A DNA stretch of 29,539 nt from Macrostomum lignano (lineage: Eukaryota), in the NCBI GenBank assembly GCA_002269645.1, contig NIVC01001314.1, positions 1 to 29,539 of the forward strand, read 5' to 3'. The position numbers were made by a program, and so were the translations under genes. The notes under the pieces were generated by a model that did not search any database, had not been told where the DNA came from, and worked only from the letters and a program-made list of their open reading frames with translations. Numbering within the stretch: the first letter of the stretch is position 1; every line of letters starts with the position of its first letter. Positions 1 through 10,387 of this stretch are shown in pieces.

Positions 1-422
1 CTATGTTCATGATTCCTCCGCCCACTTTTGTACGAGTCTCGCAATTGGACTGAATTTGTTGTGAAAGTGAGCTTGCAAAGAGCGTTTATTGCCTTGTTTA
101 TTGTTTTTCTTGATACTGCTGATTTGGCCGCGGGGAAGTGGGTCAGTTGGGTGGAGGTCTTTAGAACTATCTGATGCACGCGACGGGGGAATGTTATCAG
201 TTTTATTATTATTATCGTTCAATAACGGTAAGAAAATAATTAGTGCATACACATATGTAACGTGTAAACATATCTGTGTGTGTATATAGGCGATATTGCC
301 TGGTGATTTGAATATAAGGACTGAAAACTTCTACTGAGCCATTAAAAATAGATTTTGTTGATATTTAAACGGACTTCGAAATTTCAAATTTTCACAAAAA
401 ACCCTTGATTAAATTTTAAACC

Positions 423-1328
423 ATGAGCCATTCTCGGTGCCCATCCTACGTTCATGAGGTGTGGTGTCACCTGCAATATTAGTATGCTCGTGACTAAAGC
501 ACCATGTAGCGAATGAAGGCTGCAGTGTCACCCGATGGCTACTGCATGAATGCCAGTCCGTTGAGCTCTTCACCGTTAGAGGCGCAAATCAAAAGGCATA
601 AAAATCATTCGACTGTTAACTGGAGCTCTGCTGAGGACCGCGAGCAGGCACGCATTACTGCTCTGGAAGTTGCACGTCAAGAGGAACGCAACAGGGCGGC
701 AGAACGCATTCGAGAGCCGGTGAGCACTTTGAGTCAAGTTATCACGAGCTTATGCGGCCGATCAACGAACACTGGTGACCAGCCAACGCCCAGCCTGCTG
801 CTGCTTCTGCTGTCTACTCGACGGTGATGTGGGAGCTCCCCTGCTTGATGCTGCTGATGGAGGTGGCACCCCTGACTTCGAGCTGAATGAGCTGGACACC
901 GCTTTCTTCGAGAACCTCGATGGTGAGCCTGAAGCACAGGAGCAGCAAGAAATGCAACAGCAGCAGCAGCGGCGTGCAATCCCTGTTCCCGGAAAAAATA
1001 TGGAGCGTGCCAGGATGGTGGCAGAAGTCAGCCTGTCCGACGTGATTCGCGATATGGACTCAGGCCCTGCGCCTCCACCACCGCCGCCACCGACTGAGGT
1101 TCAGCCTGCGGTCGAAGTCAGCCTGTCCGACCTGATTCGCGATATGGACTCAGGCCCTGCGCCTCCACCACCGCCGCCACGACTGAGGTTCAGCCTGCGG
1201 CCGCTAATGAAGTGCAGCAGCCAGCACCTCTCTGCATCCAGCTGGTTCTGCCCAACAGTGTTACGGGTGAATATTGGATTGACTTGGGAGGGGCTTTCCG
1301 TATTCGCCTGAGCAATTCTCAATTCTAA
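423..1328 (+). CDS. Hypothetical acidic/Gln/Pro-rich protein, frameshifted (probably joins ORFs 513-827 and 775-1311)
   Basis: TATAAG at 313-318 and ATG at 423. Overlapping ORF pieces; restoring the C missing at about 1180 gives ...PPPPTEVQPAAANEVQQPAPLCIQLVLPNSVTGEYWIDLGGAFRIRLSNSQF* (TAA 1326-1328). The 5' part cannot be reconstructed with confidence. Confidence 0.4.
1024..1200 (+). repeat. 90-bp coding tandem duplication (EVSLSDVIRDMDSGPAPPPPPPPTEVQPA x2)
   Basis: 1024-1113 and 1114-1200 are nearly identical; copy 2 lacks one C (ccgccgccac-gactgag vs ccgccgccaccgactgag). Confidence 0.95.
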
Positions 1329-2005
1329 ACTAATAATTCTAATGTACCAGTCGTTAAATATTAATTTAGCAACATTTTGTGTTGAATTAAATTGCGAGAT
1401 GCATGATTATCCGTCAGGCAGTGCGCGTTGATCAATTGCAAGCTGTGCTTGGGTGTGAATGCAGATTGGGTTTGATTCTGGTTGGGTTTGTAATCTCCTT
1501 CTTTAACTTGTGCTTCTAATAATGTAGCGTATCATTGCATTTTTAAAATATAAGTTTTAAAGCGCAATGAAGCGCAGAATTTTGGAAAAGTTTTCAGCTT
1601 TGAGTTATTTTGAATTTTTAGAATTCGTTTCATAAGACCCTTTTATTAAACCCTTTATGAGACCCCGAAATTTGGCACGTAACGACAAGACCCGAAGTAC
1701 AACTTTCGAAAATATGTACACTTAATACGAGCGTATATCCACAAATTAGGGATTTGAATTTACTTTTGCAAGAAAAAATAATTTCACAAATATGTATTTC
1801 AGCAAATTTCCTCCTCTAATTCTCATCGAAAATGCTCTAAGCCGTGTCATCAACCGAACCGAGATGGCTTCTTCGAGAGACACTTCATCATCATCATCAG
1901 CAAGTGATCGGCCGCTTGAGTCTACCAATTTTGCTATCGAAATCGAACCAACCAGTGAGTCAATCCAATGTGATTAGTAAAGCCAGTAAAGTAGACTCTT
2001 CCCTC

Positions 2006-2013
2006 TATAAATA
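2006..2013 (+). promoter_or_regulatory. Candidate TATA box (TATAAATA) upstream of satellite and polB
   Basis: Consensus TATAWAW match; a second TATAAAT lies at 3027-3033, about 40 nt before the polB ATG. Confidence 0.35.
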
Positions 2014-2036
2014 CAAGCAAAAGTAGTCACGAAACC

Positions 2037-2996
2037 CGATTCCCGATTCGCCGATTCACCGATTCCCGATTCACCGATTCACCGATTCACTGATTCCCGA
2101 TTCACCGATTCCCGAATCGCCGATTCACCGATTCCCGATTCGCCGATTCACCGATTCACTGATTCTCGATTCACCGATTCACTGATTCTCGATTCACCGA
2201 TTCACCGATTCCCGATTCACCGATTCCCGATTCGCCGATTCACCGATTCCCGATTCCCGATTCCCGATTCACTGATTCCCGATTCCTGATTCACTGATTA
2301 CCGATTCACCGATTCCTGATTCGCCGATTCCCGATTCACCGATTCCCGATTCGCCGATTCCCGATTCACCGATTCCCGATTCGCCGATTCCCGATTCACC
2401 GATTCCCGATTCGCCGATTCCCGATTCACTGATTCCCGATTCGCCGATTCCCGATTCACCGATTCCCGATTCGCCGATTCCCGATTCACCGATTCCCGAT
2501 TCGCCGATTCCCGATTCACCGATTCCCGATTCGCCGATTCCTGATTCACCGATTCCCGATTCACCGATTCCCGATTCCTGATTCGATTCCGATTCACCGA
2601 TTCCTGATTCGCCGATTCCCGATTCACCGATTCCCGATTCACCGATTCCCGATTCACCGATTCCCGATTCACCGATTCCCGATTCACGATTCCCGATTCC
2701 CGATTCACTGATTCCGATTCACCGATTCCTGATTCCCGATTCCGATTCACGATTCCCGATTCGCCGATTCCCGATTCACCGATTCCCGATTCCCGATTCC
2801 CGATTCACCGATTCCCGATTCGCCGATTCCCGATTCACCGATTCCCGATTCGCCGATTCCCGATTCACCGATTCCCGATTCGCCGATTCCCGATTCACCG
2901 ATTCCCGATTCGCCGATTCCCGATTCACCGATTCCGATTCGCCGATTCCCGATTCCGATTCCCGATTCACTGATTCCTGATTAACCGATTCCCGCA
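2037..2996. repeat. GATTC-core satellite (7-8 bp units, 30-bp higher-order period)
   Basis: Units gattccc/gattcacc/gattcgcc; near-perfect 30-bp period gattcccgattcgccgattcccgattcacc over 2341-2520 and again around 2800-2930. Confidence 0.97.
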
Positions 2997-3068
2997 CCAT
3001 AATGAGGTGGAATTAGGATTATGATTTATAAATTTTAACTGTCGAGTGAAACGCGTACACCCAACAAC

Positions 3069-6000
3069 ATGCTAATTCATGCAGGCATTCAATTCAGCTC
3101 GGCTATTCACGCTAGTGCGCATGATGACACGCTGCAGGTCAGACGCTTCACTCCAGCATCAAGAGATCTCGAGCCATTTCATTTTTTATCATCAACGAAG
3201 TTTGCAGTGCTACAGGCTGTTGAGATGAGATTCGATTCATCCGAGAATAATTCTATTCGAGCGCAGCTCAAGTTCAACATCAGAATGGTGAGAATCAAGG
3301 AAGCTGCGGTAATCAATGCAGAAGATAAGTGGATCGCATGCGGTCTTGAGCTTCTCTCTGATCTAAGAGATTTTGAATTGTGGTGGTTGCAGCAGTTTTC
3401 TGAGCTGGAACGCAAGATTGATGCCTACAATTCAAATGGGAGCGGTTGGATAGTTGAGCAAATCAACTATTTTGATCTGTGCTCTGCCCTCACTGATCGC
3501 ATTCGCTACTATCGTGGACGATGCGCGAATTTTTCTTTGCCCAATCAGCTGGCCGTTAAGAAGGCCATAATCAACCCACCGAGCGATGGAAACAATTGCT
3601 TTCTGTTTGCCTGTCTCGCTTACCTGCACATCAGAGATCCAGGTGTGATGAAGTCTTGCCATCGACTAACAACTTACAGCAGATGGTTGGATGAAATCGA
3701 TCTGAGCGGCATCGCACTACCAGTCGCAATTTCCGATTTAGACGTTATAGAGGAAAAGAATTCCGAAATCTGTTTCACAGTTTTTAGCTGGGAAGATGAT
3801 GAGGCCTATGTCATTCGCCAGCCTCTTCCTGGGATTTGTGCCTCTCGCAAGGTTATTCCTCTACTCTTGCTTCGCAACTCCAGCTCCGATGATGCTGATG
3901 ATGATGATGGTGGTGATGAGAATTGTGGGACTGGACACTGGTGTGCAGTTTCGAACCTGGACCGGCTCCTGAACAGCAAAAAAGGTCTGAGGAATCGCAA
4001 ATGGTGTGAGAAGTGCATTTCTCCGTTTCGATTCCAGGAAGAGTTGGAGCAGCATCGAGACAGCTGCAATCCTCAACTGAAACCAGCCATCATGGAGCGC
4101 ATGCCTGATGCAAGTAGCAACACAATGCAGTTCATGGCTTGGGAAAAGACAATCAGTCCCCCATTTGTTGTCTACGCAGATTTTGAAGCTCTGAACACCC
4201 CACGTGAACCAGTGAAGCCTGAAAGAGAAGTTACTGTCACCAAGTTAACTGAGCATGTACCTGTAGCTGCTGGCTACATTGTTATTCCAAGAGAGGGTAT
4301 GAGCAGCAAAATTCTGAGGCCGAGTGAGGATGTTTTCCTCTGCAGCGGACCCAATCCGAATTCTGTCGTGAAACAGTTTTTGGCCTCACTCGAACGTCTT
4401 GCTCGTGAAGTTTATGGTTGGAATACCGAGTTTAGTCATCAGATTGCTGACAGAAACAGTGATGACAACAGGCGCAGCTTTCAAGATGCCACACAGTGCT
4501 ATTTATGCAATGCAGTGTTCATTTCATCTTCTGACAAGCACTGGGATCACGACCACCTCAGCGGTGAATACAAGGGTGCTGCCTGCGCTTCGTGTAACAA
4601 GCTTGCTCGGCTGAAACGGCGATTTTTGCCAATAGTTTTCCACAATCTTCGCGGATATGACCTGCATTTGATTTTCTCAACTGCGCTGGGTGACATGACT
4701 GGTTGGAGGGTGAGCGTCATCCCCCAAACTGCTGAGTCGTACCTCTCCATGAGGGTCGAGTTCCAGATTGATGAGTATGAGAAAGATGGCGTAAAAAAGC
4801 CCCTGTTTTTCACGCTACAATTCATCGACTCACTGCAATTCCTACACAGCAGTCTCTCTCAACTTATTAAGAACTTGCCGGAGGACAACTGCCCCATCAC
4901 TAATGCGATGCGATCAAAGTATCCAAATCTCTCAAGCGATGTACTGTTTAGTAAGGGAGTTTTCCCTATGATTATCTCTCGAATTTGAATGTGCTTGATG
5001 ATCGCCAACTACCAAAAGTAGAAAGCTTTTTTAACCGACTCACCAACAGCCACTGTACCGAGGCGGAGTATCGGCATGCGCAGAAGGCCTGGACTGAATT
5101 CGAATCTACAACATTGCGCGATTACATGCTCTGCTACTTGGAGCTGGACATCAGGCAACTAGCAGATATCTTTGAAGGGTTTCGAAGGCTGAGTTTGCAG
5201 GAAGACAAGCTAGATCCGGTGCATTTTGTGTCAACTCCAGGCTATCATTCGCTTCTGCACTAAAGTCTTCTCAAGTCAAGATCGAACTGCTAACTGACCT
5301 CGAGATGTATAAAATGTTTGAGAAAGGAATTCGGGGTGGAATGTCTTTTGTCAATGTACATCATGTCCAGAGCGAAAGTAGTGATGATGATAATGAACCA
5401 GCAGGTAGGAGTTTACTGGCTGTTGATGCTAATAACCTTTATGGTCATGCGCTCACAATGCCCCTACCTGTTGGCGGCTTTCGCTGGCTCAGTCAAGAGG
5501 AGCTGTGCTCCTGGTCCGAGTGCCGCTTTCTTTCCCTGGATGATGACGCTCCAATCGGCTACCTTGTCGAAGCGGATTTGCTCTACCCAGCCGAAATCCA
5601 CACGGCAACGGAGGATCTTCCATTCGCCCCAGAGAAAAGGTGTCCGAATTTTGAAGAATTTCCGCAGTACATGCGAGAATTATGGGTACTGCTTCAACAT
5701 GACAATGATCATTCTCAGCATCATCAGCAGCAGCAGCCCGACGCGAACACGACTGAGAATCCTACCGTTGCGCGCTACCGTGGAGTACAAAAATTAATGC
5801 TCACATGCCACAACAAGTTTTCCTATGTACTGCACTCGTCTGCTCTCCGATTCTATCTATCGCACGGAATGAAGTTGCATGGGCTCCACAGGATGATCGA
5901 ATTCAGGCAAGAACCTGTCTTCGCGGACTACATTAAGATGAATAGCGAGAAGCGCTCTATGGCGAAAAATGATTTCGAGAAGGATTTCTATAAACTGAAA

Positions 6001-6824
6001 AATAACTCCCTGTTTGGCAAAACAATGGAGAACGTGCGCAAGCGGCGGGACATCAGAGTGTGTACTGACAAGAAAAAAGCCAAGACTGTTTCTTCTCAAC
6101 CAAATGTCGCATCATTCACAATCATTACGCCGTCACTCAGCATCTTTGAGCTTCAAAAGCACGAAGTAACTCTTGATCGCCCAATTTCATGGGGCAGTGT
6201 GTTCTAGATCGCTCCAAGATCATCATGTATCGACTTTACTATGACAAAATAAAACCCATGCTAGAATTCCGTGATGGAGCAAGAGTTCGAGTTTGCGGTG
6301 GCGATACAGACTCGTTGTTTTTGAGCTTAGAGAACCTTAGTTTGCAGAGAGAAGTGCTGCCAATCCTGCATGCCGAAGGCCTCTTGGACACCTCCAATTT
6401 TTTCACTAATCATCCTCTCTTCTCGAATCGGCTAAAGGCCAAGCTAGGCTGCATTAAAGATGAAGCTGGTGGACTGCAACAGATTGAGTGGGTGCTGCTA
6501 AGGCCCAAGCTCTATTCTTTCCTCGCTGAAAGCTCGGCGGCATGCAAAGCAAAAGCAAAAGGCATCCAACGAAGCGTGCTGAAGAATGAAGTCTCCCACG
6601 ACGACTACGTCAAGATTTTCAAGGGGGCTTCAAAGCTGTCGCTCACTGTTCGTCGAATTGGAAGTGAGAAACATCGCGTTTTCACCATTGAGCAACGTAA
6701 GCTCGCTCTCAGTATCTGGGAGGACAAGCGAGCGTGGACTGGCTCGAACTCAAGTCTTCCGTTCGGCCACTTTCAGCTGTTAATCAGGGGTAGTCCGAAA
6801 AGGACAGCGGACTGCTTAGAGTGA
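3069..6824 (+). CDS. polB: Protein-primed family B DNA polymerase (pPolB), 3 frameshifts
   Basis: Motifs in order: NGSGW, DGNNCF...GHW (OTU-like Cys/His), C2HC zinc finger, YADFEA (Exo I), CYLC...DHDHLSGEYKGAACASCN (Endo VII/HNH-like), FHNLRGYD (Exo II), KGVFP|YDY, YLELDIRQLADIFE (Exo III), DANNLYG, KLKNNSLFGK, GGDTDS, RPKLYS, KAKG. Frames join by adding one base at about 4965, 5242 and 6186. Confidence 0.96.
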
Positions 6825-7507
6825 TGCTTTGCACATCTGTGTAACCTTGGCGTTGAAATTTATTGACTTTTACTTATGTACTCCATGAATTGTTTCAGTG
6901 GTTTAATTAATCTGAATGATGATGATGATGATAATGATGGATGATGATGATAATGACAATGCTGGAACGAATAGAGCCAATTCAGTTAGTTACATATTTG
7001 TAGTCTCTAAGCAACTAACTGAGCGTAACATTTTCGAGTTGAGTTGTTCCAGATTTATTTCAATACGAACTTGTGAAAGCCATGTTGGAATAATTTGCGG
7101 CATATTGGTCTGGCTTTCCCTTTTTTATTATCCTTGAATTTTTGCACAATTGAATGAACTGAGTTACTGTCCTTTTTTATCTTTGCTAGCTTTGCTACTC
7201 ATATTTTTTGTAACCATTATCCAATGATTATCTGAAAAATATTGCTTCCTTTTTCATTTCTGCTAGTTCTTGTTCGTTTTTATTTGTCTTAGCAGTGCAT
7301 AATCTGAGTGATGGGTGTGCTTTTTTTCTTGAGTTGGTTGTGGTCTGATTAAATTTTCTATACTCAAACTAATATTGCGATTTCAGTTTGAAAATAAAGA
7401 AAAAGTCGATCGAAGTCTGATTTTCAGGTATATTGATTAAAATGCACGCATCTTAATACGTGGTATATGCATGCAAGATTATTATATTTTTGTTCAGCTG
7501 TCGTCTT

Positions 7508-7513
7508 TTTATT
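7508..7513 (-). terminator. AATAAA polyadenylation signal downstream of TBP-like gene
   Basis: AATAAA on the minus strand about 25 nt after the TAA at 7539. Confidence 0.5.
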
Positions 7514-7538
7514 TAATTGTTGAAACATATGGTTATTA

Positions 7539-8098
7539 TTAGCACAGAAAACGGACAAGCAAGGAAAAGTCGGAAATTAGCATGCTCATTGTTTTTGCAC
7601 CACTGAGAACAAATGAGCCATTGTGAAAAAGCAGGCATTTGCAGAAGCTTAGTTTGCAGATCAAAGCAGAAAATGATTCTGGCTCATATTGAGCACTTGG
7701 TAAAGTGTTTACAAGATTAGCGAGGGGAAGTGCTCTGCACAAGTCAATTTCCCATGAGCAGTAATAGTTTTAATCCGCACATGCACAGTTGATGAGGCAG
7801 CAGTTGAGCAGGCACTCTGCGATGCAGCATAGCCACGAAGCGACGAGCGGCCCTGACTGAGGCCGAGTAGCTCCGGGCGCCACAGATACTCAGTTGTCCA
7901 GTCGGATAGAGCAATAGAGTCACTCTGGGATTCCGCATCCTCTTGATAAGCACTCGGGGCCAGACGGGGCGATAGATGACATGAGCCATGCTGAGAGCCA
8001 GTTCCCGCAGAGGCAATGGGCACCCCTGCTCCAGCAAGTCTCAGATCCACGCCGCCGACCAGATTGGTCACTCGCAGGGCTGTCGCAGGTGTACTCAT
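7539..8098 (-). CDS. TATA-binding protein (TBP)-like, 3 frameshifts, about 185 aa
   Basis: Joined frames give MSTPATALRVTNLVGGVDL..GCPLPLRELALSMAHVIYRPVWPRVLIKRMRNPRVTLLLYPTGQLSICGARSYSASVRAARRFV...VRIKTITAHGKIDLCRALPLANLVNTLPSAQYEPESFSALICKLSFCKCLLFHNGSFVLSGAK. This aligns by eye with both TBP core repeats (NIV..V.LGC.LDL / Y.P.RF.AVIMR.R.P.TTALIF.SGK...TGAK / YEPELFPGLIYR...LLIF.SGK.VLTGAK). Shifts at about 8025, 7805 and 7749. Confidence 0.85.
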
Positions 8099-8611
8099 TT
8101 AGAGAGTCCTTTCTGTCAGTGGTGCTGTCTTTGCGAGCTTTTGAGTGGTGCGGGCACACCTCGCTTCTTAAGTTGATACAGAACTTCGGTTTCAGCCAGT
8201 TGTAGTACAGTAATACATTTTTCACTGCACAACCAGTATCAGATGCTTGAATCAAAGGTGATCCCAGATCCTCTAGGTTGTACACCTGTCTGCCAAGCAG
8301 CTCAGTCAGAAAGATGGACTTTTTCACCCCGCTTGTCCAGGTGGGACCGTAAGCAATGTTTAGAATGTCATTAGCCAAATGCATGTACGGTCGGATCCAT
8401 CTGTCCACTTGAAATGATGCAAATTCTTTGAGAGCTTTCTGTAATGTACTTGCATCTCAGGTGAGATTCTGTCCCATGAGAACGGAGAGGCGTACACGTG
8501 ATGAGTGATATGGTAACTGCCAGCCCGGACTTGGGCAATGGCCAGCTCCTTCACAACGAAATCTCTGCTCGATCTCTCGCGTGGGAAGCCTTGGAAGTCA
8601 ATATAGTTCAT
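8099..8611 (-). CDS. Conserved Maverick protein, putative DEDD/DnaQ-like exonuclease fold (1 frameshift; true stop uncertain)
   Basis: YIDFQGF...FVVKELAI...PFSW...HHFKWTDG joined at about 8390 to PYMHL...TSGVKKSIFL...VYNLEDLG...CAVKNVLLYYNWL. Resembles the DxQGF-KELA protein I recall from invertebrate Mavericks; the nuclease fold is inference. Confidence 0.6.
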
Positions 8612-8623
8612 GATCGGATGGTT

Positions 8624-9346
8624 TCAAGACGCAAGATGTCGGGAAGCCGACTCAGTTCCCCTTCTTAAATAGTTTTTTTTCCTGCTCAGGTGTAGCCAGG
8701 CTCTCTCACTCCCGAATCCCTTAACTGTATGATGTGCAGGGGTGGCCTCTGGAGAAACAGCCGGTTTAGAAATTAGCTGCCTTACTGACTTTCCTATAGC
8801 CGAAGCTGGGATGTTAAGCTTTTTGTCTTGAAGCAATGAGACAAACTCACTCCAGCCTACCGGCTCGTTGGCACATTTCGAATCCCTCACCGCACTGTGA
8901 AACAAATCCAGGATGTTTGAGGAGGGTATTGTCTTCCCAGAAATTTGCGCCTCGCCATTTTCGGACACCTGAATCAGAGAGGGATTGCCAGATAGGATGG
9001 CCCATAGACTGCGGGCTCTCGCTTTAAACTTCTGCGGCACGGATTGGGTGATCTTTTCCCCCCAGCTGCTTGGTGCAATATCTGTTTTCAGCATCTTTGC
9101 ATCACTCGCAGGTACCGCACCATCCTTTCCAGTCCGCTTGCGCTTGACCAGCAAACTCTTCATCGCATCATGGTACATGGCAGCTTTCACATCGTCTGGG
9201 CAATCCTCGGCAAGCAAAATATCATTGCATTTCCTCTGCGCATATCTCACAGCAGTGTCCATTTCAGACTCGACTGGCTTCAAATTCTGTGTGAGCATGT
9301 CGTACTCTGACTTGGGGATCAGAACCATTTCTGAGAACTTATTCAT
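8624..9346 (-). CDS. Conserved Maverick hypothetical protein (probable virion-associated)
   Basis: Intact 240-aa ORF; MVLIP N-terminus, ITQSVPQKFKARARSL, ENGEAQISGKTIPSSNILDL, EPVGWSEF...LNIPASAIG and C-terminal KGFG...WL are typical of this Maverick family. Confidence 0.75.
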   Translation of the reverse strand: MNKFSEMVLIPKSEYDMLTQNLKPVESEMDTAVRYAQRKCNDILLAEDCPDDVKAAMYHDAMKSLLVKRKRTGKDGAVPASDAKMLKTDIAPSSWGEKITQSVPQKFKARARSLWAILSGNPSLIQVSENGEAQISGKTIPSSNILDLFHSAVRDSKCANEPVGWSEFVSLLQDKKLNIPASAIGKSVRQLISKPAVSPEATPAHHTVKGFGSERAWLHLSRKKNYLRRGTESASRHLAS

Positions 9347-9649
9347 TTTGCTTCTTTTTCTTCACTAGCTTTATTAGAATGTAGAGAATTTTGATAAAAC
9401 CCGTATTTAGCAGATCCGCAGTTCTTCTATGTGTAGAAATTTTGCGGATTATTTGCTTTTGCTTCACCAGCGCTGCCTTTTCAGTGAGTGAGAACGACAG
9501 AGTGTTTTGCAATAGGTTGTAGCAGGCCTCAATGAGAAATTCACGTACGGCTTTTGGACCCGCTCTGATCAACAGACGTTTAAAGCTGATGGAATATTTC
9601 GGTGACGCGAGAACATCAAACAAACTTTCATGTGAGTCAAAGTTTCCAT
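9339..9649 (-). CDS. Small basic conserved Maverick protein (core-like), 1 frameshift
   Basis: ATG at 9649; adding one A at about 9627 gives METLTHMKSLFDVLASPKYSISFKRLLIRAG...LIEACYNLLQNTLSFSLTEKAALVKQKQIIRKI...TGF; stop overlaps the next ATG. Confidence 0.65.
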
Positions 9650-9696
9650 TATCATTAGTGTTGCAGAATATAGAACAAATGGCGAAATCTCGGCTG

Positions 9697-10354
9697 TTAT
9701 TCTTAAGTGTAAACAGGTGGGGTCGCTGATTGGGCAGGATTCGAGCCCGGACCGCAGCTCATCAGGGGTGGAAGGGTGAAAATCCAGGAGCAGGTAGGCT
9801 CCCCTGCCGTGCGATGTCACGTGCTTGAACACTGACAGCAGAAAGCCGGGCTTCTCAGCAAAGCACTGCCTGCCCAGCGCTGCAATCTGCAGCTGGTCTC
9901 TGGGGTTCTTCATGATCACAAAGTACATCGCATTCAGACTCATTGTTCGCAACTCCTTCCCTTTAAAAAATACATTTTGGGTGAGCATAACCAGAAAGCA
10001 GGGCAAATGATGGGCAATTCCAGTGAAAACATTTCGCATTGCAGCAGAATTGGAAGTTTCTTCAATCAGGTCATCAAATACAACCAGGTCATTGGGTCTC
10101 AGTGCGGTCTCGATACTGCTGGGAAATCCCTGCTGCAGGTGCACGCCGAGACTGCTGAGCTCAGAGTGTGCTGCTTGTGAAATCCCGTAGTACCACAGAA
10201 CTCTCCCAGGCTTCACATCAAACAGGACATCCTTGTATTGTATCAGATGTTTCACGAAGGTTGTCTTTCCTGCATTTGTAGGCCCGCTGACAATCATGCA
10301 GCTTCCCTGTCGCAGGCGCACATCATAACAGTTTATCCGCTCACGTGTTTCCAT
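9697..10354 (-). CDS. A32/FtsK-like genome packaging ATPase (C-terminus frameshifted)
   Basis: Walker A GPTNAGKT, Walker B LVVFDD, TQNVF, R..SLNAMYFV..KNPRD, YLLLDFHP; adding a G at about 9752 restores LRVRARILP. Stop position approximate. Confidence 0.93.
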
Positions 10355-10387
10355 CGCCTGTTGAGCTAAATCCTTAATTTTGAAAGT

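Noticed and set aside
7-289. Short ORFs at the window start
   Set aside because: No recognisable domain and cannot be evaluated without upstream sequence.
2022-2027. AGTAGT as the left Maverick terminus
   Set aside because: Not followed by the reverse complement of 15590-15743 and not preceded by the predicted TSD cacaag.
2298-3000. ORFs encoding (NRES)n
   Set aside because: Translation of a stop-poor satellite; no coding evidence.
8013-8052. 25-nt GT..AG micro-intron repairing the first TBP frameshift
   Set aside because: Very short, and it would delete the conserved V-D-L strand; a single indel is simpler.
9339-10354. ATPase fused to the small basic protein
   Set aside because: It appears after a single frameshift correction, but a separate ATG at 9649 and a likely TAA at 9697-9699 explain the region more simply under the same indel pattern.
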